Position numbers and translations under genes: made by a program. DNA of 63,857 nt, the filler included, from Reticulomyxa filosa (lineage: Eukaryota; Protista; Foraminifera), in assembly GCA_000512085.1 (NCBI GenBank). It is 17 parts of 17 records of this genome, joined end to end, with 100 filler letters (N's around TTAATTAATTAA, not from the genome) between each part and the next. Parts side by side here need not be neighbours in the genome. Positions count along the whole stretch, not along the records: positions 10,161 to 16,248 come from ASPP01006249.1; positions 16,349 to 21,145 come from ASPP01020129.1; positions 21,246 to 22,813 come from ASPP01024193.1; positions 22,914 to 24,037 come from ASPP01034758.1; positions 24,138 to 26,342 come from ASPP01001943.1; 12 more parts are not named here. One strand, written 5' to 3'. Below, piece after piece: positions 12,740 through 25,434 of this stretch. A model generated the notes under the pieces. That model did no database searches. It saw nothing but the letters and a program-made list of their open reading frames with translations, and was not told where the DNA came from. Each line of letters opens with the position of its first letter. Within the stretch, counting starts at the first letter, position 1.

Positions 12740-15053
12740 ATGGCGAAAACCTTGTTTTCAGGAAAAGATTATGAATCATTTCGTAAGAAAATCTTGGAAG
12801 ATGAGCGTGAGCAAAATGGACTAGTGGATGAGGCAGTAGCCTGGGCACTGTCGAACGGGCTAGTAATGGGACATCCGCAATATGAAGCGTTTATGCATGC
12901 CCCAGTGACTCTTTTGCCCAAAACAGTTGACAGAAGAAAAAAAAAAAAAAAGGAATACATTGGACAATGATCAAAATAGTTTGACGTGAGTAGAGCAGTA
13001 ACTTATAATTTGTTTTGTGTGGGAACAAAAAAGGTGAATGCGACCGAGTTCAAAGAGTTGTGTGAAATCTCTCCAATTTTCAACACATTGGTGGATCGAC
13101 TGTCTCGTGACAGTGCGTTTTTGATCAAGTGTTTGGAAGGAGCAGCAGCGGGGGACGAAGATTTTACTGGTCGGTTGTTATCGTTGTACAAAAAATGGAT
13201 AAATTTGAGCGGAACAAAACAACAGCAATATCAATTGGGAATTTTCCGAAGCGATTACATGAGATGCTCAAAACGACAAAAATGGTCACAAATTGAACTG
13301 AACACCATCTCCGTTTCATTTGTTGCCTTATCGGATCGAGTCATTCAATTGCACAAGTTGCCATTTATTTATTTAAAAAAAAAAAAAAAAGTACCCCTTT
13401 TTTTTTTTCCTCTCCTTTAGTCAAATCTTTGAGAACACAATTTAAAAAAAAAAAAGCTTTTTATTGGAACGCTACAACAACATGAAATTTGAAGAACTCG
13501 ATGTGATCAACATCCCAAAGTTACGAAGACAAGAAAAGAGTGAGGAAAAAGAACAAAAAGAAAAGCCAAGTCGGGGATATCGTCCTCGTCCTTATTCTCA
13601 CGAACAGATTGCCAAATCTTTAGCTCAGGCTGCAAGACTAGTCCATCCTGACAAGTTTTTTCCTCTCTTTTCACTCTTCTTCTTTCATCTTACTCTTTCA
13701 TTTTGTTTTGGTGCTGTCATCTGTCATCTGTAATTCAAAGTCCGATAGTTATCATGGTCGTCCAACCCAATGAGAAAAACACTTGCGATCAAAGGATGAT
13801 CGAATACGCTTTGTGGGATCAGTTTCTTTACAACAATAAAACAACAAACAACAACAACAACAACAACAACAATAAAGCAAAGTAAAAATAAAACAAACCA
13901 AAAAAAGATTCAAAGTTAAATTGATCCGACGCTCACTTGTTGATATTTATGAAACAGCTGCTATTGATAATGAAACCAATGAACTGGTTTTGTTAAGTAG
14001 TTGTGTTTTTTTTTTCTTGAATTGCTTTGAAGAGCAGAGTTGGCAATATCTTAAATTCTACCAACTCGCTTCATCTTTGTCTTTTCATTGCACATTTTAA
14101 GGACGTCTTTTTTTTCTCCTCCTTTCTTTGACTCTTTTTTTCTTCCTTTCTCTCTTGCAATCTTTAGGAACAAAGAAGTTAGAGCCTCTGTTGTTTACTT
14201 TCGCTCTGGTTATACCCCCAAAGATTATCCATCCGACAAAGAATGGATCGCTCGCGAGCGAATTGAGTTATCAAGTGCCATCAAGTGCCCAAGCGTTGGA
14301 TATCATTTGTTAGGATGCAAATTGATGCAAGTGATATTTGCAATGCCAAATGTTTTGGAAAAGTTAACAAGTTGTTCATTTTGCTTGCTACTGTTACGGT
14401 GAGCGATCAATTAAAATACAATACACGAAACAAAGATATTTAACAGAGGATGACAGCAACCTTTTACGAAAGTGCTTTGTTGGTTTATGGTCTTTAGATA
14501 ACTTATTAGTGGTATGTTTTTTTGTTCCTTTTTGACGTCCACTATTGTTTGCAGCGCGGTCAATTTCATTTTTAAAAAAAACATAGAGTGATAAAGAAGT
14601 GGAGGAAACATTATCAAAAATTAAAAAAAATTACAATGATTATGTTATAAAACCTCAACGAGAGGGTGGTGGCAATAACTTTTTTGGTGAGGAAATCCCC
14701 AAACTGATTGAAAGCTTGGGAAAAAAAGAAAAAAAAAAGAATTAAGTAGCTATATTGTTATGGAAAAAATACAACCAGATGAAGATGAAACTATTCAGGT
14801 TCGCCTTATGAAAAAAAATAAAGTTGTGGCGATTTCGGAACTTGGGGTGTATTCTTGCATCATCAGGTATTTTTTTTATTGTTTGACAAATATCTTGTTT
14901 ATCATTTTGTTTGATGTCTTACATAGTGACGGAAAAACAGAAGTTGTCAATGATGTGGTTGGATCACTGTTGAGAACAAAACAAAAAGATGTAACTGAAG
15001 GAGGTGTTGCAACAGGATATGCGGTTTTGGACTCGTTTGTCCTTTTAGACTGA
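12740..15053 (+). CDS. GSS: Glutathione synthetase (eukaryotic type), multi-exon
   Basis: [78 protein letters not shown]. Probable homopolymer indel near 14720-14740. Confidence 0.95.
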
Positions 15054-15240
15054 TATTTTAGGTTCAACTTTTTGTGACTTTTTGCTTCTCTTACAACGAT
15101 TGAAAGGGTGCTTAAAAAATTTTGAGTATTACAACTTCATTTTTTATTCCCTAGTACATACTTATGACAACCAAAAAAGAAAAGATGGACTCAACAAAAA
15201 TAAACTCACTTGTCTAAAGTAAGTTTATGCTTGTCAGCAA

Positions 15241-16170
15241 TCAACTGTCATATTCATAGACTCTGATATAATCGATTTTCAAAGCCGCACCTTCACCATT
15301 GTTTACATTGGGAGTCCATGAAGGATACCAGTAATCTCTTGCATTCCAGAACGACAAGAAAGCAGTGCTGGAGGCATCTGTCCAGGGTTTTATGTAACAT
15401 GGAACTGAAGACCCTGGGCAAGATTGACTGTTATCAGGGAAGTATCTGTTCAATTGTTACACAAAAAAATTAAAGTGGATAACATATCAATAAATATAAA
15501 ACAAAAATTCACAACAACTTACCCACTGACACCACCAACAGCCAAATTGATGATAATAAAGAACTCCTATATTATTATTATTTTTTTGAGAACAACAGAT
15601 CTTTCCTTTGATAAATTTGTACACCAGACATATAGCAAAACTTTATCAAAAGGAGCATCAATATTTCCATACATCCAAGGGTTAAAACTTCCTGGTTGGT
15701 TCATGTCGTAGTTTCCTTTACTCCAATATCCATCTTTTGTTGAGACATTGAAATACACGGCATTATCGACAGAAGCGGCAAATCCTTGTGGAGTCCATTC
15801 TAACACCCACGTATGGAAAGCATCTGAAAAATCTCCATTTGCCAATGTATACTGATCATGGGTTAATGCCCAATTGTCCGCACCAAAATAGGGACCTTTT
15901 TTATTCGTTTATTATTTGCGTTTGCATTTGTGTTGTGTTTCTATAAAAAGTGAAAGCGTGTTTATATTGCACGAGCATGAACAAACCCCAATGAAGAGTT
16001 GTCGTCATTTGAGAAATGCCGATCTGTGCCCCATCCACAAAAGAAGAGGACGTGGTAAGCTGCTTGTTCGCACGGGCTTCAATGATATCAATTTCTCCAC
16101 TTGCAGGCCAGTCACCATATTCGTTTCTCACAGGAAGTAGCCATATTGCAGGCCACAACCAATCACCTTT
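15241..16170 (-). CDS. GH16 beta-1,3-glucanase / beta-glucan-recognition-type protein (5'-truncated)
   Basis: GDWLWPAIWLLP..YGDWPASGEIDIIE (intact ExDxxE catalytic motif), TLHWG, FHTWVLEWT, APFDK, NLAVGG, YFPD, LKIDYIRVY. Confidence 0.92.
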
Positions 16171-16348
16171 GTTTAACATTTGTATGTGCGTAGCACCAAG
16201 TGCGTAAGGGCAATGAATACATACAACATAACATTAAAAAAAAAAAAANNNNNNNNNNNNNNNNNNNNNNNNNNNNNNNNNNNNNNNNNNNNTTAATTAA
16301 TTAANNNNNNNNNNNNNNNNNNNNNNNNNNNNNNNNNNNNNNNNNNNN

Positions 16349-16387
<39 letters not shown>

Positions 16388-17748
16388 GATGTCAATCATT
16401 AAAAAAAAAAAAGAAATGAAATGGACGTTACAAAACTGATAAATTGAACACAAGCGTCCAAGGCACCATTGAGGAACAAATGACGACAGGTGATATTTGT
16501 AACGAGAGACGGCGAGACAACGGTAGAGTTGATAACGGAACTGTTGATATCGTAAAGTGTGACACTAAAGGGTTCACAGCGTTCTTCGGAGTGCTGCGTA
16601 TATTCGTTACTTGATATTGTCATGTTGACCAAGTAAGTGGTTTCAATGCGAGGCACGGTGTAATAGGTCAGCTCCACACACCACTCCAACACATGAACAG
16701 AGGCATACACTTCCGTGGTCTCCACCACGAACTCGTACGTTCCGGACACAAACATTGACACAAACTGCGATAGGTTTTGATACGACGTGTACACGAAATT
16801 GTTATTGCTGCCGCTGATCGACTTCAACACGGAAGTGCCATCGACATTGTCACCGCTTTCAAATTGCATTGCGTAAATCGTATTTCTCAAGTCCGTGTAG
16901 TTCTTGGCCAATAGCACCATGGTGTTGCTTTTTCGCAAATATATCGACTTTTTACCGCACCCATCCGATTCCATTTCCACCATCACCTTCACCTCTTTGA
17001 TTCGATAGTCGTTTGTGTAATTCGCGACATCCATTGTACTCGACACACGTCCGTTCACACTATTACTTACTTTTCCACAGAATTGTGCTGTTTCTTTTTT
17101 TTTTTTTTTTTTTTTTTTGAAAGGGTTATTTTTGAATGTTTTATTGTAATGCCTATGATATGTTCTTTTACATATATATTATATATATATATGTAAAAAA
17201 AAATGTATATATTGATGTGCATATGTATATGCATATGTTTGTGTTGATATGTCTCATGCGAACCCATTCGCGTAACTGGTACATGTATCCTGGACCCACA
17301 CCCTCATATTTTGGTGGTCACAACATAAACCACTATTTAGGTCTTTCATGTTACACACGCGATACCCACTTTGTTCACACCATTGCTCTGCTGATTGGTA
17401 TTGATCAAACGTCAGTGTGTCGTTCCCTATACATTCTCTGTTTGTTTCATCTGTGCAACATAACACTGACAACGATCTCTCGTCTTCTATACATTGCGAT
17501 GAGTAGAATATTCCTTTTGATGGGCACGAGTCATATGACATTGCTTGACGTTTTTTTTTTTCCCCCCCCCCCCCAATTCATCATTTGTTCCACAAGAACC
17601 ACATATATACACACAAAGTTAAAGCTCTGCTCTCAAATCTTTCTTTTATCAAAAACAAACAAGTGAAGACACAGAGACGGCACTAACAAGACCCATTGAC
17701 TGAATAGACCGCCCACAATTGTAAAATCAACACAATCCATTGCCACAT
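16349..17748 (-). CDS. Secreted protein: signal peptide + Cys-rich lectin-like module + proprotein-convertase P-domain-like module (3'-truncated)
   Basis: Signal-like exon MWQWIVLILQLWAVYSVNG. Cys module VLCC...AEQWCEQSGYRVC...CC..VW. Beta-rich segment IKEVKVMVEM...LSQFVSMFVSGTYEFVVE...VLEWCVEL resembles P_proprotein domains. Confidence 0.5.
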
Positions 17749-18015
17749 TTTTGATGTTTTCCTTTCAACAGATCCGGAGTTTTAAAAAAAATCACCGCAC
17801 TTAGAAGAGTCACTCTTTCGGAAAGCCGAACCTTCACCAACTCACCAATAGATTTTAAAACATTTCCAAAATTACACATATCGAAATAAATAGAAAAAAT
17901 AAAAATAAAAATTATAAAGTGAATTTAGGACAGGTTCCTCAAGGGACAAAATAATAAAAAAAATTGTGAAAAAGTACTTGATTCTCATCAAGACTGATTT
18001 AACAACGTTTGCAAA

Positions 18016-19333
18016 ATGACGTTGGTATACTGGCTGCGGTGGGTGGTATTTGTGTGTTATGCCTTGCTGATGTTTGGCGTGCATTACGTGTTGAACTTGA
18101 GTTCAATGATAAAATATTGTATGGGAAAAGAATGGGATAAGAAAGAAGGATTTTCAAGTAGAACAAGAATAGAAGAAATAGGAGAAAGATATGAAAAAGA
18201 AATGAAAGAAAAAATAATAATGATAACAGGAGGAACAGATGGAATAGGAAAAGAAGTAATAAAAGAAATGATAAAAAGAAAAGTAAAAAAGATAATAATG
18301 ATATATAGAAAAGAAGTAAAAAAAAGATGGAAAAAATAATAAAAGAATATGATAAAAATAAAGATATTATAATAGATATAGAATGTGATTTATCATGTTT
18401 AGAATCAATAGAAGAATGTATTAATAAAATAAAAAAAATGAAAGAAATAAATAAGATAGATATTTTAATTAATAATGCTGGAATATTACAAGATTTATTT
18501 TTATTTAAGCAAAGTAATCAAGGTTTTGAATATATGTTTGGTGTAAATTATATAGCACCATTTTATATTAATATTTTATTACATTCATTATTTAAGAAGA
18601 ATTTTAATGAAAGTAATAAAGATAAAGATGATGATGATGATGATGATGATAATGATAATGATAATGATAATGATAATGATGATGATAATGATAATGACAA
18701 TAATAATATTAATAATATCAATAATAATAATGATAATGACAATAATAATATTAATAATATCAATAATAATAAACATATTCGTATTATCAATGTTGGCTCA
18801 ATTGCTCATATATTTTCTCCATTCTATCCCAAAAAGGTGTTAGAATAAATTCTAATGATGATTTATTTTCTCCTTGTAATGTAAATTATAAAAATTATAT
18901 TGGACCTGAATCTTATGCAGAATCAAAATTTGCTTTATTATTACATTCATTTGAATTAAATATTCGTTATAAAAAAGAATCTATTCCTATTTATTCTCAT
19001 TATGTAAATCCTGGATTTGTTTTACAAACTAATCTTTATCATTTTTTATCTTTTCTTTTTTATTTTTTACCTTTTCATAAAACTCCTTCACAAGCTGCTT
19101 CTTCTATTCTTTATGCTGCTTTTCATCCTTCTTTATCTCGTCCTCTTTCTCATCATTGGATTTCTGATTGTCATATTCATTCTCTTCCTTTTTTTACACT
19201 TCCTTATTTACCTAAACATGATCAAGGTAATAACAATCATCTTATTACCACTAACAACAACTCTTTCTCACACTCTCTCTGGAAATACACTCTACGCCAA
19301 ATTAGAATGCGCCATCGTCCCATCCCTGGATAA
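18016..19333 (+). CDS. Short-chain dehydrogenase/reductase (retinol-dehydrogenase-like), intronless, with homopolymer frameshifts
   Basis: N-terminal TM helix, IMITGGTDGIG, IDILINNAG, MFGVNY, IINVGSIAH, catalytic YAESK, VNPG, KTPSQAASSILYAA, LWKY. Frame changes occur in A/T runs near 18320, 18833 and 19192. Confidence 0.85.
18620..18772 (+). repeat. (GAT)/(GATAAT)/(AAT) coding microsatellite encoding an Asp/Asn insert in the SDR
   Basis: DDDDDDDNDNDND...NNNINNINNN, including a ~42-bp direct duplication. Confidence 0.9.
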
Positions 19334-19702
19334 CTTCGGGCTCTCTTCCCTTTTTTGGTTATTCTGTTAAATTTTGAGTATGTCCCACGTTTGTTTGTAT
19401 TCAAAAAGTATCCACATTTTTTTACTGGACTTGTTGTGTTTGGAATGGGAGATCATTTATGAAGTGCATGTGGTTGCAAGTTTGTGGATAATTATAATTT
19501 TTCATATGATAAGGACATTTTTCACACTTTGATTTTCAATGCACAGTAATATTGTATCTGGGATGCACACTTGAAAAAAATAGTTAACATTTAGATTTTT
19601 CAAATTGAAGTTGCGCTTCCACACGAAAAAACGTAGAAGTGGACCAAACTCTTTTGAACTGCAGAAGGGTACATTTTTTACAACATTATTCGCTCAAGAG
19701 GA

Positions 19703-21145
19703 ATGGCGTCGAAAATTTTACAAAATCGCATCAATGTATCAGCAAACCGCTCACAAACATCAACACATCCAGTAATTGAACAAAAAATTTGTTTGGCGTC
19801 AACGCAACTTTACATTCGAATAAACTGTTTTTTTTTTTTTTTGTGTGTGTCTTTTTGTGTCCCTGGGAAACACAAAATGAACAAAACAACATAGAATCGA
19901 AAACAGCCAAACACAAGGCCAATAGGAGAAAAAAGCCCGGAGACAAGAAAGAGTGACAACAGCATTTCACACGCGAAAAAAAAAAGAATAAAGCCATCAA
20001 GGATAGGCTTTGATAGTGGGACTCACTCAAAATATCTGAGATCAAACCACCCGAACAGCAAAATGAAGCCCACCGAGTCCAAAGACTTGGGTAGTCAATT
20101 GCCATACTCTCAATCCTCTTGCAATGGCACGAGGGTAGCAACCATACATACTCGTGTCAATGACCCCGCCAAAAATAATTTTAAAATTACAATCACTGAT
20201 GGTTGAGTTTGTATATTGTGTGTCAATTTTTTTAAATGCATACGCAATAACATCATATACATAAATATATATATATATATATACATACATATTTGTAAAA
20301 GTGCATGGAGCAATGAACTCCGTAGACAACGAGAGAGAAACAAAGACATCGACAATACATAAGCCACGAAATGGCAATGACACGAACTCAAGTCCGAGAG
20401 TAGTCGAAGATGACGACGTAGAGTGGAATAGCCAAGATATAGTCGAGCCAACGGAGACGGAAACAGAGACTGATGGAGAGCCTCTGCTGGCTCTGGACAT
20501 TAGTGATGACACTGAGTCAATAGGAGAAAAACGGTTTTCCCCAGGGAAATCGCCTGCGCCGTCTCCTCCTAGTCTGGAAGTCGCTCACAATATTGCAAAG
20601 TCGTTTTCAATGGCAATGAAGGCAGAGGAAAGAAAAGCTTCTAATGGGGAAATGGACAACCGTAAGCACGTCAATGGACATTCCTTTCCAACTGCGACGT
20701 ATTCTCATTCGCATCAAATTAATGCTGTTGCAAATACCAATCCTACAAAGCATGATGACGATATCTTGTCAATCAAAGACATGACCGCTAATAATAATGA
20801 TATCCATTTTAATCCTACTACTACTACTACTAATAATAATAATAATAATAATAATAGTAATCATCAGCATCATAATAATACAGGCCATGAAAATAATAGC
20901 AATGGCGACAGTATACCTAATCTCGGCAAAATGTATAAGTCCCTGGATTCTGCTTTTATCAATACGTCTGTGTCCGTCGATGCAGATTCGAAAAACGAAC
21001 AAAGGCTGTCGGGATCGTTGTCGCTCGCAAATGAGACAAGCACAAACGCCCTTTCGAAAGTTTGCATTCTTTTTTTTTTTTGTACTCACAAAAAAAAAAA
21101 AAGAGAGTATATGCAAAGTACAACATGTGTGTATGTGTGTGTGTG
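19703..21145 (+). CDS. Hypothetical low-complexity (Ser/Asn/Thr-rich) protein, multi-exon, 3'-truncated
   Basis: 298-aa coding-like ORF 20301-21060 flanked by AT-rich introns. No recognisable domain. Confidence 0.45.
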
Positions 21146-21257
21146 NNNNNNNNNNNNNNNNNNNNNNNNNNNNNNNNNNNNNNNNNNNNTTAATTAATTA
21201 ANNNNNNNNNNNNNNNNNNNNNNNNNNNNNNNNNNNNNNNNNNNNAAAAAAAAAAAA

Positions 21258-22760
21258 GGACGCAGCCGATACAAGTGGTAAACAGCCAGGCGTCAATCTA
21301 TGCCTTGCAAGGCAACCAATGGCAAGAGCGCGGACAAGGTGGGCAGTTGATGATATACTATTACCCAAGCACTCCAAATGACGTGTTGATGCGTTGGTCA
21401 AAGTCTGGGCACACGTCCTTGGCTTACAAATTGAACCAAGGAAAATTGAAGCCAAAGGGTGAAAGGTCTTGGGTTTCAAGAGCACTTGTTATGTTATTAG
21501 CCTTTTTTTTTTTTTTTTGTCTATGATTATGTGTACGTATACGTAATTATATCTATCCTTTATGTATGTCCATACATACATATATGCATATATATATATA
21601 TATATATATATGTATAAATATATAAATGAAACAAAATTAGAATATGACAGCAGATCCTCCTCATGAAGAGATATTAGCATTGCGATTTCAATCAGACGAC
21701 GCGAGCGACGCATTTTATAAACACATGAACGAGATGAGCAGTGGATTGCAGAGACCATCGACAAGCGACGGGAAAGAGACGGACACGAGAAGCGTATCCA
21801 CAAAGCAGCGTATGAATGAGAACAATAGAACATCTACAATGCAGCCATTGCGATTTACGTCGCAGTCGTCTAATGTTTCGGCGACGACGACGACGACATC
21901 AACGTCAGTGCCAACACTTGGGTCACGATCACTGCCACATTCACTACCACTTCCTCCTCCTCCTCCTCCTCCGCCACCACCACCACCACCTCCGTCATCG
22001 TCATTGCCTGTTCGCCAACAGCATACGTATTCGCTGGCGTCGTCGTCCGTCGCCTCGTCAGGCTCGACGCCCTTGTCCATCTCCGTCAGTGGGCCACCTT
22101 TGTCACCATCGTCTTCCTTCACATCGTCGTCGCCTTCGTCGACGTCAGCATCGCCGGCACCCAAGTTGCCCTTGGCCAATCATATCACCAGCGCCACCAA
22201 ACGTCCTCATGACTTGCATTCCATTTCCTATGGCAATAGCAATAGCAATAGCAATGGCAATAATGGAAACACGGCCAATATGCTGAGTCCCAGCGTTAGC
22301 CTCGCTGTCAAAGAGATCCCTTCCAAACGATCGCCACTGCCACCATTGAGACCCAGTCACGTGCAATCACAATCACAGTCGTCACAATCGCAATCGCAAG
22401 TGCAAACGTCGTGGGTATGTCCCACCTGTTCCTACCAAAACACGTCCGAACTCTCCCACTGCGAAATATGCAGCGAGGGCAGGTCCAATGTGGAACCAGT
22501 TTCGCTATACACTTTACACAGATGAAGGCAGAAGAGAGAGGGGGGGGGGGGGGGGGAAAAAAATCACAAACAACACTTGATATGCATACTAAACAGAAGA
22601 AAGAAAAAGAACCCAACGCAAACGAGTCAACAGATCACGCAAATGACTGGTGGACGTGTCCAACATGCACTTTGCACAACAGCTTTGATTCCATCACATG
22701 CACCTTGTGCAACGCCCCAAGGCATGCGGAGCCCACTTCCGAAGTGTTGCAAATTGAAGG
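21258..22760 (+). CDS. RanBD/PH-fold domain + polyproline + two RanBP2-type zinc fingers (partial)
   Basis: WQERGQGG...GERSWVSRA/..PHEEILALRFQSDDASDAF resembles the Ran_BP1 domain. A P13 tract follows, then WVCPTCSYQN...CEIC and WTCPTCTLHN...CTLC (zf-RanBP consensus). Confidence 0.7.
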
Positions 22761-22913
22761 TTGCTTTTACAAACATGTATATACATATATATACATATAT
22801 ATACATATATATANNNNNNNNNNNNNNNNNNNNNNNNNNNNNNNNNNNNNNNNNNNNTTAATTAATTAANNNNNNNNNNNNNNNNNNNNNNNNNNNNNNN
22901 NNNNNNNNNNNNN

Positions 22914-24037
22914 GAAAAGCAGAAAAATTAGAAGAGAATATTTCTGCAACAAGCTTCCCACATTGGTTATTACACCAGTCAATGGAATATTATTTAAATC
23001 ACAAACATCAGTATTGAAATTATTTGGACAATATGGAAAGAACATCAAAGCACATATTTTCTCAACAACTTGGAGAACAATGTATCGGTTGAAATGCTCC
23101 AAGAGATTACTGTGGCATTCAATCAAAAACAACAATCAATTATGGAAAACTCAAAAAGTTCAGAGCTAGAATCGGAAAAAAAGAAACAACATAGAATCAT
23201 GTTATGTTCGGTTTTCAGCTCAAATTACGTAAAATCTCAAAAAGAAAAAAGATTACATGATGTCAAAAATCCAGATGTCAATATATATGTATTATTGAAA
23301 AACGTATCTATTCGATAAAGTGAAAAAGAAATTTTGGATACACTGAAAGATCTAAATCTAAGCGTGGGAAAAGTATAGCGTTCAAAGATTTGCCAATGGT
23401 AAAGGTATTATTTGCAAATTCACAAGATGTTCGTCAATTGTTGCAGACAGGATCAATTCAAATTGGCTTTGAACATGCATCATGCGAACCATTCGATTAC
23501 AATCGCAATCGTCCAAAGTCGCATTTTCGTCAGTGCAGAAAATGCTTTGGATTAAACCATTACGCCAATGAATGCACAAGGAAACAGAAGTGCAAGTATT
23601 GTGGAAAAGCAAATCATAAATCAGAGAATTGCTCCATAAACGCAAGCAAAGCAAATATAAATGCATATTGTGTCATGGTAAACATACAAGTGACTCTGTA
23701 TTATGTCATGTGATTCAAAAAGTACGAAAGGACATTGGAGTCAATTTATCAAGAAAAGAAAAACTTTTCATCTTGAAGAAAGAACAAAAAGGGAATCCGA
23801 CTGAAAATAAAACTGGACAAAAAACAAACAATATTCAAATATTATCAAAAAATAAGGAGTCAGAGTCAACAAGAAAAGTTGATGCTCCAAAGTTTATTAA
23901 TTCAAAGTCCAATGGCGCTGGAACAAATAATAAAAAAGATTTGATCAACAGGATAAGCAAAAACCAAAATCAGAGTCAAAACAAACAGAAAGACAATAAT
24001 CAAAACAACAACGATATCAACGAAATTTCCCAATTAC
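22914..24037 (+). mobile_element. Degenerate non-LTR retrotransposon (LINE) ORF1/gag-like region with three CCHC zinc knuckles
   Basis: QCRKCFGLNHYANEC, CKYCGKANHKSENC and CILCHGKHTSDSVLC occur in tandem, as in I/Jockey-type LINE ORF1. Intronless and frameshifted. Confidence 0.75.
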
Positions 24038-24137
24038 NNNNNNNNNNNNNNNNNNNNNNNNNNNNNNNNNNNNNNNNNNNNTTAATTAATTAANNNNNNN
24101 NNNNNNNNNNNNNNNNNNNNNNNNNNNNNNNNNNNNN

Positions 24138-25227
24138 GACCAGATCGAATATCCCACAAACGAACACTTGTATCTCCTGATCCAGATAAAATTGTATTTG
24201 CACCACAAATATTTCCTATTTCATTTGACCCATATTTTACACTACATACTGTATTTTTATGTCCTTTGAATGCAATGAGTTGTCTGGTTGTTTCAACATC
24301 CCATATTCGAATGGTTTTATCGTATGATCCAGAACAAATGGTATATCCATTACCACCAATCACACCAATGCTATTATCATTCTTGTTATTGTTGCTACTT
24401 TGCAACAGTGAAATATCAACACAACAAACACCATCTTCATGTCCATTGAAAATATGCAATGATTTGAATGTCTCAATATCCCATAAGCGGATTGTTTTGT
24501 CAAGTGATCCGGAACACAGATATCGACCACTATTAAATGGTGAGAATTTAATATCGTAAATACTGCCAGTATGTCCATTGAACAATTGCAATTGTCGATT
24601 ATGTTTGAAATCCCAAAAACGAATGGTTTTATCAGCCGATGAAGAACAAATGACATTACAACGATAATTTCGATAATAATATAATGAAAATTTCACACAA
24701 AATGTATTCTTTGAATGTCCATTGAATAATCGAATTTGTTTATTGTCCTCAATGTTCCATACACGGACTGTATTGTCATTTGATCCAGAACAAATCAATT
24801 GTCCACAATCGAATGTTGAATAATCAATGCTATTAACGCCATGTGTGTGCCCAGTAAATGTTGTGGATAATTTAGATGATGAACTAAATATTTCAAATAT
24901 GAAGACGATAGTTGCCTACATCAGATTATGATTATGAATGATGAAACAAATAATTATTTAAACATATTAATTGTTATTTGAATGAAAAACAAATTAACAA
25001 AACACATAACATAATTAACAACAAGTTTGTCAAACTCATGTATCCATCCTAATTTAATGTTTAATATTCGGATCCAATATTTAACAATGATCTGGATATC
25101 TTCTTTTTCTAACTTATTCAGTCACACAATAATTTAATAAACACAATACTCAAAGAGAGCTAACATCCTGAAAGCTTACCAACGCCAGATGTATTGGTAT
25201 TTGTTTTTCATTGCTTAGGGTTATCAT
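24138..25227 (-). CDS. WD40-repeat protein of a lineage-expanded family (3'-truncated)
   Basis: Leader exon EDIQIIVKYWIRILNIKLGWIHEFDKLVVNY, then WD repeats GHxxxVxxVxFS...ICSGSxDKTIRxWD and the insert [24 protein letters not shown]. Confidence 0.9.
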
Positions 25228-25434
25228 TCCTTCGACTTTTTTTTGTTTATTCTCCCGAGATTGTTTTCATGATATAAAATAGAAAATTTTGAACTTTTTT
25301 CTAAACAACGAAGTTACCAAAAATACTTTGATGATATACAAGATAAAGTTAACAATATTGGTAGAGGAACAATTTGTTCAAAACTGAGTAAAGTTAGGTT
25401 TTTATTTCAAAAAGTATTTAATAAACAAAATAAT

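Noticed and set aside
18563-18843. Poly-Ile/Met/Leu ORFs from the ORF track
   Set aside because: Off-frame and antisense translations of the Asp/Asn microsatellite in the SDR gene.
14700-19200. Frameshifts in GSS and SDR as pseudogenisation, RNA editing or programmed frameshifting
   Set aside because: All fall in A/T homopolymers of otherwise intact conserved genes, so pyrosequencing-type indels are the simpler explanation.
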